A stretch of 25,929 nt of DNA from a virus. Lineage: Duplodnaviria > Caudoviricetes. The notes below the pieces were generated by a model. The model worked only from the letters and a program-made list of their open reading frames with translations, was not told the origin of the DNA and ran no database searches. The stretch is taken from IMG/VR virus record IMGVR_UViG_3300002091_000107, positions 1 through 25,929 of that record. One strand, given 5' to 3'. The position numbers and the translations under genes were made by a program. Shown here one piece after another: positions 6,166 through 14,484 of this stretch. How positions within the stretch are numbered: position 1 is the first letter of the stretch; each line of letters opens with the position of its first letter.

Positions 6166-7366
6166 ATTAAATTATATATTAAATAATAATATATATAATA
6201 GATATATTAATAATATTATAATAACTAACAAGGAACTTGTCAAGTTATTTTATTGTATTAAAGCATTACATGAACAAGAGTCTAAAGATTACACAGTAGA
6301 TGATCTTGAGTTAAAGTTTTATGGTGACTACCCATATCTTAAAGATGTTGAGAAAGAAGCTTATACAGCTATCTTTGAGAAGCTTCGTAAGGTGGATACA
6401 GACCCAGCTCGTATTGAGGAGTATCTTGGAAAGCTAAGGGAAGCATCCTTTGCTCAACAGATTGCTCACTTGTCTCTAGAAGTTACAGAGGGTCGTAAAG
6501 ACTTTCAAGACATCTTAGACCATGTGTCTAAAGTGGATATTAATAAACCAATGTCTGAGGAGTTTGAGTTTGTCTCTACTCGGCTGTCACAGATTTATCA
6601 GAACCAAGTTAAGACCAAGGGTCTTCGTTGGAGAATGAAGTGTCTTAACCTATCGTTAGGTTCTCTTCGTAAGGGTGACTTTGGATTTGTCTTTGCAAGA
6701 CCTGAGACTGGTAAAACTACATTCTTGGCTAGTGAAGTGATGTATATGCTAGAGCAAGCAGAACGGCCTGTTCTTTGGATTAACAATGAGGAACAGGGTG
6801 GTAAGGTAATGCTACGATGTATGCAAGCATTCTTTGGCTTTGGTACACCTCAGTTGATTTCTGATATCGAGGGTAATGGTAAGAGGTTTTATCAATACAC
6901 AGATAACAAGTTTAAGCTATTCGATCAAGCTATCATCCACAAGAATGAGATTGAAAGATTGTGTGAGTCCATTAAGCCTAGCCTCATTATCATTGATCAG
7001 ATTGATAAGATCAGAGGGTTTGAGCAAGACCGTAATGACTTGATGTTAGGTAGTCTATACCAGTGGGCTCGTGAGTTGGCTAAAGAATATGCTCCTATCA
7101 TTGCAGTGTGTCAAGCAGGGGGTGAGGGTGAAGGTGTTCGTTGGTTAGACATGGGTCATGTGGCTAATGCTAAGACATCTAAACAAGCAGAGGCCGACTG
7201 GATTCTTGGTATCGGTAAATCAAACGATGAAGGCATGGAATATATCCGCTATTTAAACATCAGTAAGAATAAGTTGGTCGGTGATGAAGATACTCTTCCT
7301 GATAGACGACATGGAAGAATGGAAGTTTTAATTCGTCCTGACATTGCTAGATATGAGGACATTTAA
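6149..7366 (+). CDS. DnaB-like (SF4) replicative helicase
   Basis: Walker A ARPETGKTT, NNEE, Walker B IIIDQID, QAEAD and ISKNK. ATG at 6149 preferred over TTG at 6137. Confidence 0.92.
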   Translation: MIETIILNYILNNNIYNRYINNIIITNKELVKLFYCIKALHEQESKDYTVDDLELKFYGDYPYLKDVEKEAYTAIFEKLRKVDTDPARIEEYLGKLREASFAQQIAHLSLEVTEGRKDFQDILDHVSKVDINKPMSEEFEFVSTRLSQIYQNQVKTKGLRWRMKCLNLSLGSLRKGDFGFVFARPETGKTTFLASEVMYMLEQAERPVLWINNEEQGGKVMLRCMQAFFGFGTPQLISDIEGNGKRFYQYTDNKFKLFDQAIIHKNEIERLCESIKPSLIIIDQIDKIRGFEQDRNDLMLGSLYQWARELAKEYAPIIAVCQAGGEGEGVRWLDMGHVANAKTSKQAEADWILGIGKSNDEGMEYIRYLNISKNKLVGDEDTLPDRRHGRMEVLIRPDIARYEDI

Positions 7367-7896
7367 TGAAACATTTTAAAAAAGTAGGTGAATTTAATCC
7401 TGAATTAATTAAAAAAGAACTTGAAGCTACTCCATTATGGAACTGGCTTAATTTAAGGAGAATGGCTTACCAATCACAACACAATTATGTTGATGATATT
7501 GTTTTAAGATTTCAACCTGTTCAAGGTAAGTTTATTATGTCTGACTTTATGGATAGTGAAGAAATGGCCGATTACTTTGTTCAGAACTATTTACCCTATA
7601 CTATGAATTTTATTAACACATTGACAAATGGAAAGAAAATTGGTAGAATAGTAATAGCTAAATTAAAAGCAGGTGGTATAATTAATGATCATATTGATGA
7701 AGGTGATTATCATAAAAATTATTTGAGATATCATTTAGTAATTGACACAAACGATAAAGTAATATTTACTTGTGAAGATGAAAAACAATTTATGCCTCAA
7801 GGCACAATATGGTGGTTTAATAACCGAGTGACTCATAATGTCTATAATGATGGTGATACAGATAGAACTCACATTGTGGTGGACATTAGAAAATGA
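7366..7896 (+). CDS. 2OG-Fe(II) dioxygenase, Asp/Asn beta-hydroxylase-like
   Basis: HID...H triad: GGIINDHIDEG, RYHL, WWFNNRVTHNVYN, and R-x-H-I-V-V-D. Confidence 0.85.
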   Translation: MKHFKKVGEFNPELIKKELEATPLWNWLNLRRMAYQSQHNYVDDIVLRFQPVQGKFIMSDFMDSEEMADYFVQNYLPYTMNFINTLTNGKKIGRIVIAKLKAGGIINDHIDEGDYHKNYLRYHLVIDTNDKVIFTCEDEKQFMPQGTIWWFNNRVTHNVYNDGDTDRTHIVVDIRK

Positions 7897-9056
7897 ACGA
7901 ACTTATATTAGATGTAGAAACAACGATTAGTAGTAAAGGCAATCCATTTGATGAGAGGAATAAACTTTGTTATGTTGGACTCTATAATAATACTATTTGT
8001 GACTTGGTTGATATTGATTACAGTGGAACTCCTTACCGAGAACGACTTGCCTCTATACAAGGACGGATTGATAGCCACTCTATTCTTGTTGGCTTTAACA
8101 TTAAATTTGATTTGCACTGGATAAGAAACTATGGAATCAATTTTATGGATAAGCGTATTTGGGACTGTCAGTTGGTACATTTCATACTTACGAACCAACA
8201 ACATCCCTATCCAAGTCTTAATAGTGTCGCTGAGTACTATGGTTTGGGTAGTAAGCTTGATGTTGTGTCTACTGAGTATTGGAGCAACAATATTGACACC
8301 CCTGACGTACCTAAAGACATTCTTGAGCAGTATTTAAAACAAGACTTAGAACTTACTTATCAAGTGTATTTGAAGCAGAAAGAAGAAGTAGATAAACTTC
8401 CTGAAGCTAGACAAAGATTAATCAGTTTACACAATCAGGACTTATTAATATTAGAGGAGATGGAATATAATGGATTACTCTTTGATGAAAGCAAGAGCTT
8501 GGAGCTTGCAGAAGAATTGGATAAGAAAATTAAAGGTATTGACTTTGAACTCGCTAAAGCTTGTTCTATTGACGGCTTTAATTTTAATAGTAAAGATCAT
8601 CTTAGCACTTTACTATATGGTGGACGCTTGGTTATACCTAAAAAAGAAATCATTGGCAATTATAAAACGGGTGAAAGAAAAGGGCAAGAAAAAGAAGGAT
8701 GGGTGGACTATACCCATGACCTTCCTAGATTAATAGAACCATTAAAAGGGAGTGAATTAAAAAAAGATGGATACTTTAGCACAGACGAACAAACTCTCAG
8801 AAGTCTCAAAGGTACAAAGGAGAGTAAAGAAATTATTAAGCTCATACTTGAAAGGAATGTCTTGGAAAAGCGTAAAGGAACTTACTATATCGGACTCCCA
8901 GAGTTACGAGCTACTCAAGGTTGGATTCAAGGCAGATTATACGGTCAACTCAATCAATGTGTCGTTAGAACAGGTCGTTTATCTTCCTCGAAGCCGAATT
9001 TACAAAACTTCGACTCGGAAATAAAAGAGTTATTCTATAGTAGATATGGAGGATAA
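7893..9056 (+). CDS. polA: Family A DNA polymerase, N-terminal part (3'-5' exonuclease + thumb)
   Basis: ExoI LDVET, ExoII GFNIKFD, ExoIII YLKQD, then ME.NG, FNFNS and TGRLSSSKPNLQN; stops just before motif A. Confidence 0.92.
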   Translation: MNELILDVETTISSKGNPFDERNKLCYVGLYNNTICDLVDIDYSGTPYRERLASIQGRIDSHSILVGFNIKFDLHWIRNYGINFMDKRIWDCQLVHFILTNQQHPYPSLNSVAEYYGLGSKLDVVSTEYWSNNIDTPDVPKDILEQYLKQDLELTYQVYLKQKEEVDKLPEARQRLISLHNQDLLILEEMEYNGLLFDESKSLELAEELDKKIKGIDFELAKACSIDGFNFNSKDHLSTLLYGGRLVIPKKEIIGNYKTGERKGQEKEGWVDYTHDLPRLIEPLKGSELKKDGYFSTDEQTLRSLKGTKESKEIIKLILERNVLEKRKGTYYIGLPELRATQGWIQGRLYGQLNQCVVRTGRLSSSKPNLQNFDSEIKELFYSRYGG

Positions 9057-9058
9057 TT

Positions 9059-9580
9059 ATGAGTAGCAGTAGTGGTAGACTAAATGGTTTAAAAGTAGTT
9101 AGAGAACATCAATCAGATTCTTATGAACATATTGAAGAAGTAATTAAAAGAGAAGCTTTAAAAGTAGAAGAAGCACAGCAAGGTTGGTTAGTACAAGCTA
9201 AGAATAAAAGCTTTTATTGGATAACACCTTATAAATTATGGAAACCAAAAGGACAAAGAGGTAAAAATTGGTATCATTATAAAACAATAGAAGATTTATT
9301 TGAAAGATATTTGAATGTTGATAGAGATGCTAGATTTAAAAAGGAGACTAATATGAAAGTAGTAAAGCCAGCAATTAAGAAACGAGATGGAACAATTGTA
9401 AAAGCAAAGAACAAAGACCAAAGCCACGCTGATATTGGTGTATCTGGTCAACATGGATTTATATTGTCAGATGGAACATTTGCTGATAGAGAGAAAGCTG
9501 CTGATGTAGCAAGAGAAGCAGGACAAGTAACAAGTGTTAAGAAACTTCATAGCCATCATTTAAGAAAGGGAAAGAAATGA
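9059..9580 (+). CDS. Hypothetical protein between polymerase halves; internal in-frame start at 9353
   Basis: GGAGG RBS before 9059; second RBS AAGGAG at 9341-9346 before the in-frame ATG at 9353; C-terminal HGFILSDGTFADREKA...AGQ motif. Confidence 0.7.
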   Translation: MSSSSGRLNGLKVVREHQSDSYEHIEEVIKREALKVEEAQQGWLVQAKNKSFYWITPYKLWKPKGQRGKNWYHYKTIEDLFERYLNVDRDARFKKETNMKVVKPAIKKRDGTIVKAKNKDQSHADIGVSGQHGFILSDGTFADREKAADVAREAGQVTSVKKLHSHHLRKGKK

Positions 9581-9780
9581 GTGACGATTTAACAACAGAA
9601 GAATATTATGCAGAAGAACAGCAAGCACAAGAAGAAGCTTATTACTTTCACACTATTAAAGAGTTTGAAGCAATTACTAAAGCCTTTGGTGCTAATCATG
9701 TTGTTCAAGATTTAGATAAAGAAACACTTGTACGACTTAAGACAGAGTTAAATAAGTTTAAGTTTACAGGTGAAGCTTAA
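9577..9780 (+). CDS. Hypothetical protein between polymerase halves
   Basis: 67 aa; ATGA overlap upstream and TAATG coupling to the polymerase C-terminal gene. Confidence 0.7.
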   Translation: MSDDLTTEEYYAEEQQAQEEAYYFHTIKEFEAITKAFGANHVVQDLDKETLVRLKTELNKFKFTGEA

Positions 9781-10496
9781 TGCTTATTCAGGGGGATGCT
9801 TCAGCTTTAGAGTGGCGATGTGCTGCTTTTTTGAGTCAAGACCCAGTAGCATTAGAGGAGATAAAGAACAATGTCGACCAACACACTGATAATCAAGATC
9901 GTTTTGGTTTGCCTAGCCGTCTTATTGCTAAGACATTTGTTTTCCGTCTTATTTATGGAGGATCAGCTTACTCCTACGCTAATGATGCTAACTTTGCTGA
10001 TGTAAGTAAGTCAGAGAAATTCTGGCAGAAAGTTATAGATGAATTTTACACAAAGTATAAAGGATTACATAAGTGGCATACTAAACTTATGCAAGAAGCA
10101 ACAACGACAGGAATGGTCAAGTTACCCACGGGGAGAGTCTATCAATATAAGTCCGAGGATAGACGAGGCGAGAAAGTGTGGCCTCGTACCACAATTCTCA
10201 ACTACCCAGTACAAGGATTAGGGGCTGACTTGATGTCAATAGCTAGAGTATCTTTACATAACCGAATGAGGAAACTTAACTATGAAAATGCGAAACTTGT
10301 CAATACGGTTCATGATAGTATTATCATTGATTGTGATGATAGTCATACTGATATTTTAGCTAAAATGATGTTAGATGTGTTTGAGGATGTACCTAGCAAC
10401 TTTAAGAAATTGTTTGGTACTGAGTTTAATTTACCTATGAAGGCAGAAGTACAGGTAGGTAAAAACTGGAAAAATATGGAGGTGTGGAATGGCTAG
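9780..10496 (+). CDS. polA: Family A DNA polymerase, C-terminal catalytic part (palm/fingers)
   Basis: Motif A GDASALEWR, motif B RLIAKTFVFRLIYGG (Phe at the 762-equivalent), NYPVQG and motif C VHDS. Confidence 0.93.
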   Translation: MLIQGDASALEWRCAAFLSQDPVALEEIKNNVDQHTDNQDRFGLPSRLIAKTFVFRLIYGGSAYSYANDANFADVSKSEKFWQKVIDEFYTKYKGLHKWHTKLMQEATTTGMVKLPTGRVYQYKSEDRRGEKVWPRTTILNYPVQGLGADLMSIARVSLHNRMRKLNYENAKLVNTVHDSIIIDCDDSHTDILAKMMLDVFEDVPSNFKKLFGTEFNLPMKAEVQVGKNWKNMEVWNG

Positions 10497-10695
10497 AAAA
10501 GTAACATTAGATGTGATTAGTATTAAAGATAATAAAGATGGTTCTTGTGATGTTAGGATAGATGCTAATGATGAAGGTAAAAGACTTCTCATGGAAGCAG
10601 GATTTATAAAAATATTAACAGACTTTATGGATAAAGAAAAAAATAAGTTATCATGGTGGGAACGATTTAAACTAGCTTGGAGGACAGCAAAATAA
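10489..10695 (+). CDS. Hypothetical protein
   Basis: 68 aa; GGAGGTG RBS. Confidence 0.7.
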   Translation: MARKVTLDVISIKDNKDGSCDVRIDANDEGKRLLMEAGFIKILTDFMDKEKNKLSWWERFKLAWRTAK

Positions 10696-10970
10696 TGGCT
10701 AAATATAAATTAAAAATGCAAGAAGGTGACTTTGTAAATACATTAGAATTTGAAGCTGATGGATTAGAAGATGTAGTAGCTAATATGGAAATCTTTTTAA
10801 AAGGGAATGGTTTTTTCTTTGATGGTATATTAGATGTACATACAGGAACACCAGAAACAAATGCTATGCACGGAACTATGGTTAAAATGCAATATAGAGA
10901 AAGAGATTTTGATGACATCATCACCGATAGCGATCAATTAGATATGGAAATCAAAGATGATCCTATTTAG
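10695..10970 (+). CDS. Acidic hypothetical protein
   Basis: Likely ATG at 10695 (TAATG coupling, GGAGG upstream); FEAD.LEDV...FLKG.GF pattern. Confidence 0.7.
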   Translation: MAKYKLKMQEGDFVNTLEFEADGLEDVVANMEIFLKGNGFFFDGILDVHTGTPETNAMHGTMVKMQYRERDFDDIITDSDQLDMEIKDDPI

Positions 10971-11109
10971 CCCTTATAGAATTAATGGAAAGCTCTTATT
11001 AAAACGCTTTCGCAAGGTGCGTGGTTCAGATAAGCGTAAAAGAATAGATCAAGAAATAAGAAAGTTAAGAAAAATGTGGTGGCATTTTAAAACAAGATGG
11101 GATAGTTGA
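10957..11109 (+). CDS. Small basic protein (50 aa)
   Basis: MILFSPYRINGKLLLKRFRKVRGSDKRKRIDQEIRKLRKMWWHFKTRWDS; fills the gap before the promoter. Confidence 0.5.
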   Translation: MILFSPYRINGKLLLKRFRKVRGSDKRKRIDQEIRKLRKMWWHFKTRWDS

Positions 11110-11133
11110 CATTTTGTGTATTTGTGGTATAAT
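11106..11133 (+). promoter_or_regulatory. sigma70-type promoter with extended -10
   Basis: TTGACA (11106-11111), 16 bp, TGgTATAAT (-10 at 11128-11133); AAGGAG RBS before 11163. Confidence 0.8.
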
Positions 11134-11162
11134 ATTATAGTAACAATAGAAAAGGAGAAAGT

Positions 11163-11654
11163 ATGTTAATTACATTAGTAGATGTTTCAACCCCGCAGGT
11201 CACTAAGACTGCTAAGGGTCAATATCAAGCAATTGAGGTAAGTTATAAAAACGAGCAAGGTCAGATTCAAGGTAAGAAACTTATGTCTTTTAGTAACCCT
11301 ACAGTCTTTAAGGCTATTCAGGAGTTTGCTAAAGGGGATGTTCTTAGCGTTGAAGCTAGTAAAGATGATCAAGGCTATTGGCAATGGAAGTCTGTACAAA
11401 AGTCTGATGGTACAGAACCTGTTAAAACTTCAGCACCTGCAGCATCTGGTGGTCGAGTTACAGGAAGTAATTATGAAACACCTGAAGAAAGAGCTAAACG
11501 ACAAGTTTATATTGTTCGTCAAAGTTCAATCTCAAGTGCTATTGACTTACTTAAATCCAATGGTAATGATGTAAAAGTAGAGAATGTACTATCAGTCGCT
11601 AAGCAATTAGAAGCTTTTGTGTTTGGTAACGAATCTTCTGATACACCTAGCTAA
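11163..11654 (+). CDS. Putative single-stranded DNA-binding protein
   Basis: Beta-rich OB-like N-terminus with GYWQW, flexible linker, own strong promoter and RBS, located before the 5'-3' exonuclease. Function inferred mainly from context. Confidence 0.5.
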   Translation: MLITLVDVSTPQVTKTAKGQYQAIEVSYKNEQGQIQGKKLMSFSNPTVFKAIQEFAKGDVLSVEASKDDQGYWQWKSVQKSDGTEPVKTSAPAASGGRVTGSNYETPEERAKRQVYIVRQSSISSAIDLLKSNGNDVKVENVLSVAKQLEAFVFGNESSDTPS

Positions 11655-12334
11655 TGACAACGGCACTTTTAGATGGTGATATATTTGCATTTAGAGTAGC
11701 TTGTACTACAGAGAATGATGCTGATGGTATTGCCATCTATCGTGTTAATGAAATGATTGAACAGTGTTTGGCTGAGGTGGATGCAGATGAGTATAAAATA
11801 TTCTTAACCTCCAAAGATAATTTCCGTAAAAAGATTTATCCTGAATATAAAGCTAATCGTAAAACTCCACCCCCTAAACATTTAATATTTTTAAAGGATT
11901 ATTTAATCAATGATTGGAATGCTATTGAAGCACATGGAATGGAAGCTGATGACTATTTGGCTATACATCAGAATGACGATACTGTCATTTGCTCTATCGA
12001 CAAGGATCTATTACAAGTTGCTGGTAAACACTATAACTTTGTCAAGAAACAAGCAAGTGAAGTGGAAGAATTTGAAGGGCTAAAAAGATTTTATTTACAA
12101 CTTTTAACAGGTGATAATTCAGATAACATCAAAGGTATTGAAGGAATTGGACCTGTTAAGGGAAGTAAAGCTCTTATGTTTTGTGAGACAGAAAAAGAAA
12201 TGTTTGATGTGGTTCGTGGTATGTACAACAATGATGACTGGTTATTAATGAATGGCCGTTGTCTATGGATATTAAGAAGTCTAGATGATGACTGGACTAA
12301 ACACTATGAAAGGTTACTAAATGAGCAAAGGTAA
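11654..12334 (+). CDS. 5'-3' exonuclease (T7 gp6/flap endonuclease family)
   Basis: LLDGD, YKANR, EADD, SIDKD and GDNSDNIKGIEGIG motifs. Confidence 0.92.
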   Translation: MTTALLDGDIFAFRVACTTENDADGIAIYRVNEMIEQCLAEVDADEYKIFLTSKDNFRKKIYPEYKANRKTPPPKHLIFLKDYLINDWNAIEAHGMEADDYLAIHQNDDTVICSIDKDLLQVAGKHYNFVKKQASEVEEFEGLKRFYLQLLTGDNSDNIKGIEGIGPVKGSKALMFCETEKEMFDVVRGMYNNDDWLLMNGRCLWILRSLDDDWTKHYERLLNEQR

Positions 12335-12524
12335 TTCACCAGCATTCCCATGTCAAGATAATAAGAAGCAAATCTGGACAGGTATGAACCTTAGGGACTA
12401 CTTTGCATTGGAAGCTATGAGTGCCATTATAGAGTCTGCTGCTATGGTTAAATTAGATGAAGTTCCTAAAAAAGCTTACAAATTAGCTGATATGATGCTT
12501 GAAGAACGTGAGAACTACAAGTAA
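12321..12524 (+). CDS. Conserved phage hypothetical protein
   Basis: PAFP...GMNLRDYFA...AYKLADMML motif. Confidence 0.8.
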   Translation: MSKGNSPAFPCQDNKKQIWTGMNLRDYFALEAMSAIIESAAMVKLDEVPKKAYKLADMMLEERENYK

Positions 12525-12907
12525 TGGATTGGACTGAAGGAAGACGAAAATCATTTATAACAAGTGTATTAAGAAGTGGTTATCGAAGATGGCCTCCCAA
12601 ATATGAAACCCTTAAACAAGCACAGTCAGGAAAGAAAGAGAATGCAAAGACTAAACGAATTGCAATGCACTACACATGCAATTCCTGTAAAGAAGACTAC
12701 CCTGCTAAAGAAGTTCAAGTTGATCATATTGAACCTGTTGTCGATTCTAAGGGGTTTAGTACTTGGGATCTATTTATTGAGAGGTTGTATTGTGAAAAAG
12801 AAAACCTCCAAGTCTTATGTAAATCGTGCCATTCAGAGAAAACATTAATAGAAAAGAAAGAGAGAACAGGTGCAAGTAAAAAGCCTAAAGCAAGTAGAAA
12901 ACGATAA
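12524..12907 (+). CDS. HNH endonuclease
   Basis: CNSC...VDHIEP...NLQVLCKSCH. Confidence 0.88.
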   Translation: MDWTEGRRKSFITSVLRSGYRRWPPKYETLKQAQSGKKENAKTKRIAMHYTCNSCKEDYPAKEVQVDHIEPVVDSKGFSTWDLFIERLYCEKENLQVLCKSCHSEKTLIEKKERTGASKKPKASRKR

Positions 12908-13067
12908 GTTTGATCTTATCTTAGAAGTTAATGAAGAAGAGGCTAATTTCTTTACACAAATAGCTCTAGACTACCTTGTAAACACTATAAGAATTATTAG
13001 AGAGAATAAAGACGCTGACAGAGATATACTTAGTCAAATACCTGATGAGGAGTTTATTAGGGCATGA
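12870..13067 (+). CDS. Hypothetical protein
   Basis: 65 aa, GTG start, ATGA coupling to the next ORF. Confidence 0.6.
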   Translation: MQVKSLKQVENDKFDLILEVNEEEANFFTQIALDYLVNTIRIIRENKDADRDILSQIPDEEFIRA

Positions 13068-13303
13068 GTAGGAATGAAATAACTGGAGATCGACTTATAA
13101 ACAAAACCCTTACTAAAGAAGGCGAAGAGAATTGGGATATGATATTTGGTAAGAAGGTAGAGAGTCCTTGTATTAGTGTTTGTAAATTAATTAATGAGGT
13201 ATGTAAAGGTTGTAAAAGAACTACCGAAGAAGTAACAGAATGGTATAATTATAGTAATAAACAAAAACAACAAGTACTAGATAGAATTAAGGAGTTAAAA
13301 TGA
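13064..13303 (+). CDS. DUF1289-domain protein (4-Cys, putative Fe-S/Zn)
   Basis: ESPCISVCKL..VCKGCKRTTEEVTEW after a short N-terminal peptide; GAGGAG RBS. Confidence 0.75.
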   Translation: MSRNEITGDRLINKTLTKEGEENWDMIFGKKVESPCISVCKLINEVCKGCKRTTEEVTEWYNYSNKQKQQVLDRIKELK

Positions 13304-14046
13304 GTAAAATATTATTATTAGATATTGAAATGGCTCCGAATGTAGCACATGTATGGGGTATTTGGGATCAGAACATTGGTATCAATCAACTAAGAGAAAG
13401 TTCTTATGTCATGTGTTTTGCTGCAAAATGGCTAGGTGATAAAAAGATGATGTTTGACTCTGTTAAAAAGAGTGGTGACAAGAAAATGTTAGCTGGCATA
13501 CATAAGCTTCTTGACGAAGCGGATGCGGTCATCCACTATAATGGGAAGCGGTTTGATATACCATCACTTAATAAAGAGTTTTTATTGCATGGTATGTTTC
13601 CTCCAGCACCTTTTAAAGAGATTGACTTATTGACAGTTGCTAAAGGTAGATTTAGATTTGTATCTAATAAACTAGACTATGTAGCACAGTCATTAGGTTT
13701 AGGTAAGAAAACAGAGCACAGTGGTCATGAGTTATGGGTACAATGTATGGCAGGTGTTCCAAAAGCATGGAAGCTTATGGAGGAGTATAATAAGAATGAC
13801 GTAATCCTTTTAGAAGCCGTGTATGAACGCTTTAAGCCATGGATTAAGAATCATCTTAATCACAATATTATTGATGGTACTACTGAATGTTGTCCTACAT
13901 GTAAGTCTTCTAACATACAAAAAAGAGGCTTTAACATTACAACAACAAGTAAGTATCAAAGATATCAATGTAGAGCCTGTGGTAATTGGTTTAGAGATGG
14001 TACAAATCTTAAACCTAAAGGGTCGCAAAAGCTTGTCAATATTTAG
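13300..14046 (+). CDS. DEDD/RNase H-like 3'-5' exonuclease with C-terminal Zn ribbon
   Basis: LLDIE, YNGKRFD and YNKND motifs; CPTC...YQCRAC. Confidence 0.85.
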   Translation: MSKILLLDIEMAPNVAHVWGIWDQNIGINQLRESSYVMCFAAKWLGDKKMMFDSVKKSGDKKMLAGIHKLLDEADAVIHYNGKRFDIPSLNKEFLLHGMFPPAPFKEIDLLTVAKGRFRFVSNKLDYVAQSLGLGKKTEHSGHELWVQCMAGVPKAWKLMEEYNKNDVILLEAVYERFKPWIKNHLNHNIIDGTTECCPTCKSSNIQKRGFNITTTSKYQRYQCRACGNWFRDGTNLKPKGSQKLVNI

Positions 14047-14054
14047 GAGACTTT

Positions 14055-14300
14055 ATGAAAGATCATGATATACCTGTGTGGGATTTAGTAAGAGCTGATA
14101 TTGACTTTAGAGATAGAGTTGGTACCAAAACTTATAAAAGACCTTTAACACCTTTTAATGGTAAAGATGCTTTATGGGAAGCCTATGAAGAAGCTTTAGA
14201 TTTAGTAGTCTATTTAAGACAATTTATATATGAACAAGATATTAATAAAGGTTATAGTCCTGAACCTAATAAAAATAAAACTGAAAGCGTAGGAAATTAA
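14055..14300 (+). CDS. Hypothetical protein, possibly all-alpha NTP-pyrophosphatase-like
   Basis: G..TY...L...NG.DAL.EAYEEALDL.VYL; AGGAG RBS. Confidence 0.6.
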   Translation: MKDHDIPVWDLVRADIDFRDRVGTKTYKRPLTPFNGKDALWEAYEEALDLVVYLRQFIYEQDINKGYSPEPNKNKTESVGN

Positions 14301-14301
14301 G

Positions 14302-14484
14302 ATGTTGACTTTAGAAGAGCTTAAACAAAAGCTTGCCGAACGACTAGATGAAATTACTCTTCTAGAGTTGCTAAGTATTAATTCCTATGATATAGTGGAA
14401 AGGTTTGAAGACTTTATTGAAAACAATTACGATAGACTAATGAAAGAAATTGAAGATGAATACGACATTAACGAATTACAGTAA
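14302..14484 (+). CDS. Conserved acidic phage hypothetical protein
   Basis: LDEITLLELLSINSYDIVERFED; AGGA RBS. Confidence 0.75.
   Translation: MLTLEELKQKLAERLDEITLLELLSINSYDIVERFEDFIENNYDRLMKEIEDEYDINELQ

Noticed and set aside
9045-9790. Intron, intein or ribosomal hop rejoining the polymerase halves (part 1 ends GGA-GGA-TAA, like the T4 gene 60 take-off codon)
   Set aside because: The gap is fully occupied by coupled ORFs. There are no Cys/Ser...His-Asn intein ends and no in-frame GGA landing codon (TGA at 9771-9773 is in frame before part 2). The GGAGG is explained as the next gene's RBS.
12524-12907. HNH as a mobile homing endonuclease
   Set aside because: It is a short single-domain HNH coupled into the operon, with no interrupted gene or extra DNA-binding domain; more likely a resident nuclease.
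13241-13249. TGGTATAAT extended -10 inside the DUF1289 gene
   Set aside because: Explained by Trp-Tyr-Asn codons, with no -35 element.
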